Shown here: positions 13,792-18,135 of the stretch, piece by piece
How positions within the stretch are numbered: position 1 is the stretch's first letter
Layout: every line of letters begins with the position of its first letter
Assembly: GCA_038891515.1 (NCBI GenBank)
Contig: JAWAEB010000029.1
Coordinates: 1 to 18,135, forward strand
DNA from: Nitrososphaerota archaeon
Lineage (GTDB): Archaea > Thermoproteota > Nitrososphaeria_A > Caldarchaeales > Caldarchaeaceae
Direction: 5' to 3'
DNA length: 18,135 nt
Made by a program: the position numbers and the translations under genes
Notes under the pieces: model-generated
What the model saw: the letters and a program-made list of their open reading frames with translations, nothing else
Told to the model about the DNA's origin: nothing
Databases searched by the model: none

Positions 13792-14943
13792 TTGCCGGGT
13801 TCCGATGTGGCTGTTGTGGGAGCTGGGCCGGCGGGCCTATTGGCGGCTAGGGAGCTGGCCAGAAGAGGGGTTTCCGTCTTGGTCTTCGAGGAAGACCGAA
13901 CAATAGGCAGACCAGAGAGATGCGCCGGACTCTACAGCATCTCAGGACTAAAGTCTCTAGGACTCCCACTGGATGGACCCTATGTCCAAAACACGGTGCG
14001 TGGAGCAACGTTCATCTCACCAAGCGGTCACAGCTTCGTGGTGGAGGCAGCAGATGATGTTGCTGTTGTCTGTAATAGGGAGAGGTTTGATCAGTATATC
14101 GCTGAGACGGTTTTGGATGTTGGCGGGTGCCTGAGGCTCGGCGAGCGGGTCAGGAGTATTAGAAAGTTGGACGGCGGCTTCGGAGTCGAGGCAGGCGACG
14201 GGCTCTACAGTGCGGCATATCTCATAGTGGCTGAGGGTAGGCGGGCCCACATAGCTAGGCAGGTACATCCAAGGTATGGGCTGGGGAGGTGGACGCCGAT
14301 CATACAGTATCAGGTGGCGGGGCATGGAATGAACCCCAGCCATGTCTACTTGTTCTTCACTCACTATCTACCCGACTTCTTCGCATATCTCGTCCCTGTT
14401 GACGAGCGAATTGGGAAGGTGGGGGTTGCAGCCATGCGTGACACTTGGGGAGCGGGCCGGAAATTCCTCCATCAATACTTTCCCAAGAGCCGTGTGGTAG
14501 GAGTCTCATCCTCATCCATCTACGTTGGCCCCCCACTAGACGAGCCCATGTGGGATGGCGCCTTCCTAGTGGGTGATGTGGCTGGTCAGGTTAAGTCTAC
14601 GACAGGGGGAGGGGTTATATATGGTGGGCTATGCGCCATCGCTGCGGCTAGACACATAGCAGGTGAGGGTGAGTTCGGCAGACTAGCCTCACCTCTCCTC
14701 ACTGAGCTGAGGAGAACATACCTTCTCAGGAGGCTTGTGTCTAGGCTTGACGCCAGAACGCTGGACATCCTCTTCCATGCAGTGAGTGAAAGCGGCCTAG
14801 ATGCTAGGATTGGTGAGGTAGGTGATATGGAGCGACACCTTCCCACTATCGCTAGATCGTTGCTCCACATGAGAGGGTTATCCTTCATCACCCACCTGCT
14901 AAAGACTTACCTGGTGGATGGGGCGGCAAGACTTAAAAGCTGA
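13792..14943 (+). CDS. Geranylgeranyl reductase-family FAD-dependent oxidoreductase
   Basis: N-terminal dinucleotide fold DVAVVGAGPAGLLAARELARRGVSVLVFEE, a later LVGDVAGQVKSTTGGGV motif, and about 380 aa. TTG start at 13792, with GTG at 13807 as an alternative. Confidence 0.8.
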   Translation: MPGSDVAVVGAGPAGLLAARELARRGVSVLVFEEDRTIGRPERCAGLYSISGLKSLGLPLDGPYVQNTVRGATFISPSGHSFVVEAADDVAVVCNRERFDQYIAETVLDVGGCLRLGERVRSIRKLDGGFGVEAGDGLYSAAYLIVAEGRRAHIARQVHPRYGLGRWTPIIQYQVAGHGMNPSHVYLFFTHYLPDFFAYLVPVDERIGKVGVAAMRDTWGAGRKFLHQYFPKSRVVGVSSSSIYVGPPLDEPMWDGAFLVGDVAGQVKSTTGGGVIYGGLCAIAAARHIAGEGEFGRLASPLLTELRRTYLLRRLVSRLDARTLDILFHAVSESGLDARIGEVGDMERHLPTIARSLLHMRGLSFITHLLKTYLVDGAARLKS

Positions 14944-14962
14944 CATGGGTGATGGATGCATA

Positions 14963-15142
14963 ATGAGTGTGCAGCAAACTGTTCCCGTATGCAGCTGGTG
15001 CCACAGGCCGATAATACCTAGCGAGTCAGCCGTCTCCTTCCCATGCCCCAGCTGCGGCAAGTCAGTCATATGGCGTTGCGAGGTATGTAGGGAGCTCGCT
15101 AGGCCCTATGTATGCCCAACCTGCTGGTTCAGAGGGCCGTGA
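14963..15142 (+). CDS. Four-CxxC zinc-ribbon protein (COG2888-like) that commonly precedes aEF-1beta
   Basis: MSVQQTVPVCSWCHRPI...CPSCGKSVIWRCEVCRELARPYVCPTCWF carries four CxxC pairs. It sits immediately upstream of aEF-1beta, a known archaeal arrangement. The internal ATG at 14963 is preferred over the track start at 14918. Confidence 0.7.
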   Translation: MSVQQTVPVCSWCHRPIIPSESAVSFPCPSCGKSVIWRCEVCRELARPYVCPTCWFRGP

Positions 15143-15153
15143 GGGGACTGCTA

Positions 15154-15423
15154 ATGGCCAATGTCCTGCTCGTCGTAAGAGTGTACCCAGAAACCCCCGA
15201 AGTTGACTTGTCTGGGATTCTGGAGAATATTAGAGCCGGTCTTCCCCACGGCGTTAGACTCAAGGACCATAAAGTTGAGGAGATGGGTTTCGGGCTACAA
15301 TCACTCTTGCTGGGCCTAACTATGCCCGACAGCGAAGGTGTATCAGAATCTGTGGAACGGTCCCTGCAGAGCGTCCCAGGCGTCTCAGAGGTAAACGTGG
15401 AGAGGGTTACGAGAATACTCTAA
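15154..15423 (+). CDS. ef1b: Translation elongation factor aEF-1beta
   Basis: An 89-aa product from the ATG at 15154 (MANVLLVVRVYPETPEVDLSGILENIR...GFGLQSLLLGLTMPD...VERVTRIL) matches the size and pattern of archaeal EF-1beta. Confidence 0.85.
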   Translation: MANVLLVVRVYPETPEVDLSGILENIRAGLPHGVRLKDHKVEEMGFGLQSLLLGLTMPDSEGVSESVERSLQSVPGVSEVNVERVTRIL

Positions 15424-15471
15424 AGCGTTTAGAATCGGTTACGCTTAAATTATCCTAGTCACCGGTCTGGG

Positions 15472-17655
15472 ATGATGAGTGTTAAAGAGCTGAGGCTCCG
15501 AGTGGCCGAGGCTAAACAGCGTGATGTGGGCTACGGGATAGCTAGAATTGATAGGAGCGTTGGCTCTGAGGCAGGCCTCTCCACAGGCGACGTGATAGAG
15601 ATTAGGGGGAAGAAGCTCACAGCTGCTACGGTCTGGCTTGGATACGTAGAAGAGGAGAAGGATAAAGACATAATAAGGATCGACGGTCACATAAGGAACA
15701 ACGCCGGAGTCTCACTTAACGATTATGTGTTGGTGAAGAAGGCGCAGGTGAAGGAGGCACAGCTGGTCGTCCTCGCTCCCTACAACTCATCAGTTAAGCC
15801 CGATGAGAACTTTACCAAGTTGGTGAAGAGCAGGCTCATAGAGTATCCAGTGGTGCATAAGAACATAGTTCCTGTCCTATTCTTCGGCAACCTCTTCACC
15901 TTTGCTGTTGTCCAGACAAGACCAACGGGCATAACAAAGATAACGCCCAAAACCAAGCTCGTTATACAGTCGAGGATTGTGCAGGAGAAGACGTTGAGAA
16001 CCAGCATCACCTACGAGGACATAGGCGGTCTACAGGAGCAGATTCAACGGGTTAGGGAGATGATAGAGCTGCCCCTCCGCTTCCCAGAGCTTTTTCAGAG
16101 GCTGGGCATAGAGCCTCCCAAGGGTGTTCTCCTCTATGGTCCGCCTGGCTGTGGCAAGACACTCCTAGCCAAGGCAGTGGCCACGGAGGCTGAGGCCAAC
16201 TTCATACTCATCAACGGCCCCGAGATAATGAACAAATACTACGGTGAGACCGAGGCCAGGCTCAGGGAGATCTTTAGAAAGGCGGAGGAGGAGGGTCCCA
16301 GCATAGTATTCATCGATGAGATAGACGCCATAGCTCCCAAGAGAAGTGAGGTGACAGGCGAGGTGGAGAAGAGGGTTGTGGCGCAGCTCCTAGCCTTGAT
16401 GGACGGGCTTGAGGGACGTGGCTCTGTAATAGTGATAGGAGCTACTAACAGGCCCAACGCCCTAGACCCAGCGCTCCGTAGGCCTGGCAGGTTTGATAGG
16501 GAGATAGAGATTGGAATACCGGATAAGAGGGGGAGGACCGAGATACTTCACATACATACTAGGGGCATGCCCCTAGCTAAGGATGTTATTGTAGAGAAGC
16601 TGGGAGAAATAACTAGAGGCTATACCGGCGCAGACCTCACAGCCCTATGTAGGGAAGCTGCCATGAAAGCCATAAGAAGGATCCTGCCCAACATAGACTT
16701 CTCCGAGGAGAAGATATCACCGGAAATCCTCAACAACCTTGAGGTGACCATGAAAGATTTCATAGACGCCTATAAGGAGATAACGCCCAGCGCATTGAGG
16801 GAGGTGGAGGTGGAGACACCTACTGTGAGGTGGGAGGACATTGGTGGTCTTGGCAGTGTCAAGCAGAAGCTGATAGAGGTTGTGGAATGGCCCCTCAAAT
16901 ATCCTGAAAAGTTCCAAAAGCTTGGGATAAAGGCTCCCAAGGGTGTTCTCCTCTATGGTCCGCCTGGCTGTGGCAAGACACTCCTAGCCAAGGCAGTGGC
17001 CACAGAGAGTGAGGCTAACTTCATAACCATCAAAGGTCCGGAGGTGTATTCCAAGTGGGTTGGCGAGTCTGAGAAGGCGATTAGGGAGACCTTCCGCAAG
17101 GCCCGGCAGGCGGCGCCGGCGGTCATCTTCCTGGATGAAATAGAGTCAATAGCGCCGAGGAAGGATATGATGGAGGATAGCTCGGGTGTAACGAATAGGG
17201 TTGCGAGTCAGCTGCTGGCGGAGATGGATGGGATAGAAGAGTTGACCGACATAGTGGTCATCGGAGCTACCAACAGGCCGGACCTGCTGGACCCAGCCAT
17301 CCTGAGACCGGGGAGGTTTGACAGGCTTGTATACATACCTCCGCCTGATGAGAGGTCGAGGCTTGAGATACTCACAATATACACGAGGGATATGCCGCTG
17401 GCTGAGGATGTCAGTCTAGATGATATGGCGAGCCGTAGTGAGGGATTCTCTGGGGCTGACCTCGAATCCCTATGTAGAGAGGCTGCTTTAGCGGCTTTGA
17501 GGCGGGACATAAACTCGGAGAAGGTGACGAGGATAGACTTTGAGGAGGCGTTCACCCTAGTAAAGCCTAGTATCTCTCCGCAGATGCTGAGGGAGTATGA
17601 GAGGCTGGGTGAGGTGCTCCGATCTTCCGAGAGACCGCTGGCCATGATAGGATGA
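15472..17655 (+). CDS. cdc48: CDC48/VCP-type AAA+ ATPase (N domain + D1 + D2)
   Basis: 727 aa. The CDC48 N-domain is visible (LRVAEAKQRDVGYGIARID...GDVIEIRGKK). Both AAA modules have Walker A GPPGCGKT, Walker B (FIDEID / FLDEIE), and second region of homology ATNRP...PGRFDR. Confidence 0.95.
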   Translation: MMSVKELRLRVAEAKQRDVGYGIARIDRSVGSEAGLSTGDVIEIRGKKLTAATVWLGYVEEEKDKDIIRIDGHIRNNAGVSLNDYVLVKKAQVKEAQLVVLAPYNSSVKPDENFTKLVKSRLIEYPVVHKNIVPVLFFGNLFTFAVVQTRPTGITKITPKTKLVIQSRIVQEKTLRTSITYEDIGGLQEQIQRVREMIELPLRFPELFQRLGIEPPKGVLLYGPPGCGKTLLAKAVATEAEANFILINGPEIMNKYYGETEARLREIFRKAEEEGPSIVFIDEIDAIAPKRSEVTGEVEKRVVAQLLALMDGLEGRGSVIVIGATNRPNALDPALRRPGRFDREIEIGIPDKRGRTEILHIHTRGMPLAKDVIVEKLGEITRGYTGADLTALCREAAMKAIRRILPNIDFSEEKISPEILNNLEVTMKDFIDAYKEITPSALREVEVETPTVRWEDIGGLGSVKQKLIEVVEWPLKYPEKFQKLGIKAPKGVLLYGPPGCGKTLLAKAVATESEANFITIKGPEVYSKWVGESEKAIRETFRKARQAAPAVIFLDEIESIAPRKDMMEDSSGVTNRVASQLLAEMDGIEELTDIVVIGATNRPDLLDPAILRPGRFDRLVYIPPPDERSRLEILTIYTRDMPLAEDVSLDDMASRSEGFSGADLESLCREAALAALRRDINSEKVTRIDFEEAFTLVKPSISPQMLREYERLGEVLRSSERPLAMIG
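16115..16184 (+). repeat. Copy 1 (D1 Walker-A region) of a perfect 70-nt intragenic direct repeat
   Basis: Checked letter by letter: ctcccaagggtgttctcctctatggtccgcctggctgtggcaagacactcctagccaaggcagtggccac is identical to 16934-17003. Confidence 0.95.
16934..17003 (+). repeat. Copy 2 (D2 Walker-A region) of the perfect 70-nt intragenic direct repeat
   Basis: Identical to 16115-16184. The nucleotides flanking both ends differ. Confidence 0.95.
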
Positions 17656-17873
17656 CACTGTTGTCCACATACTACTCCATATTGACAGTCCTCAGGAAGA
17701 GTGGTGGGAAGGCTATGTTGCAGAATCTACTTGACGAACTGCATAGGACTGGTGTGGATATATCGAAGGGCGAGCTGAACCAAGCTTTGATGAAGCTGGA
17801 GATACATGGCAAGGTTAGGGTGACTAGCCTTGATGAGGTGCGGAAGGTTGTCGAGCTTGTGGATGAGGGCTAG
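17652..17873 (+). CDS. Small hypothetical protein, winged-helix-like, 73 aa
   Basis: ORF track. Its ATG overlaps the cdc48 TGA (ATGA), suggesting translational coupling. The helix-rich sequence ends in a beta-hairpin-like GKVRVTS. It is convergent with fen, with a 4-nt overlap. Confidence 0.5.
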   Translation: MTLLSTYYSILTVLRKSGGKAMLQNLLDELHRTGVDISKGELNQALMKLEIHGKVRVTSLDEVRKVVELVDEG

Positions 17874-18135
17874 CTGAGGAATGCGTCGAGGGTGCCTCCG
17901 GCCCGGCTCTTTCTCCCCCTCAAAATGTCGAGAGCCTTGACCACCCGCTCCTCACTAAAGTCATACTCGCCGCATAACATCGCCACCACGGCCTCGGTGT
18001 CAACCTCACCCCACTCTAGCCTATAGCTATCAGTTACCTTAGGATTTTTGAAGAGCTCCCTAACGGACTTGTAGTCAAAGACTATCTGTATCACACCCTT
18101 CTCCGCAGCATTCTCTATGGAGCCATGCTCCTGCA
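17870..18135 (-). CDS. fen: Flap endonuclease FEN-1, C-terminal part (gene continues beyond the window)
   Basis: The frame is open to the window edge (...QEHGSIENAAEKGVIQIVFDYKSVRELFKNPKVTDSYRLEWGEVDTEAV...FSEERVVKALDIL). It ends with a PCNA-interacting PIP-like tail, GGTLDAFLS. Confidence 0.85.
   Translation of the reverse strand, partial: QEHGSIENAAEKGVIQIVFDYKSVRELFKNPKVTDSYRLEWGEVDTEAVVAMLCGEYDFSEERVVKALDILRGRKSRAGGTLDAFLS

Noticed and set aside
1-18135. CRISPR arrays, rRNA genes, C/D-box sRNAs
   Set aside because: No regularly spaced direct repeats were seen. I recognised no rRNA-like sequence. A few UGAUG/CUGA-like strings (e.g. 3293-3310) lack the paired C/D and C'/D' arrangement.

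Overview
Archaeal chromosomal window, probably from a TACK/Thermoproteota-like thermophile. The lineage call rests on a tRNA-Gln with an A1-U72 pair, aEF-1beta, CDC48, A-type ATPase subunits, Hjc, FEN-1, geranylgeranyl reductase, and TATA boxes about 25 nt upstream of start codons. There are four zones. (1) 228-3222, minus strand: a DNA-repair-like operon with two overlapping micro-ORFs, a SWIM-finger Hef/FANCM-type helicase that has no nuclease domain, and a miniature Hjc-type nuclease. (2) 3.4-6.8 kb: a truncated paralog of a small conserved gene, a class-III aminotransferase, a Tat-signal SagB-type nitroreductase broken by two 1-nt frameshifts, a His-rich membrane protein, and a 57-aa DUF1059 gene below the ORF-track cutoff. 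(3) 6.8-11.7 kb: a decayed accessory island. It holds a disrupted secreted-protein gene, an orphan 5' half of a tRNA, a zinc-ribbon protein with a duplicated AbrB/B3-like motif, and a methyltransferase killed by two nonsense codons plus frameshift(s). It also holds an HTH-LAGLIDADG endonuclease preceded by a 68% G+C stop-free island, and an IS6-like transposase remnant abutting an intact tRNA-Gln(UUG). (4) 11.7-18.1 kb: core housekeeping genes, namely a DUF59-like protein, A-ATPase H-like and C subunits, acylphosphatase, geranylgeranyl reductase, a Zn-ribbon/aEF-1beta pair, CDC48, a small wHTH ORF and the FEN-1 3' end. CDC48 carries a perfect 70-nt intragenic repeat. No CRISPR array or rRNA was seen. 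All functional calls come from motif recognition by eye; no database search was run.
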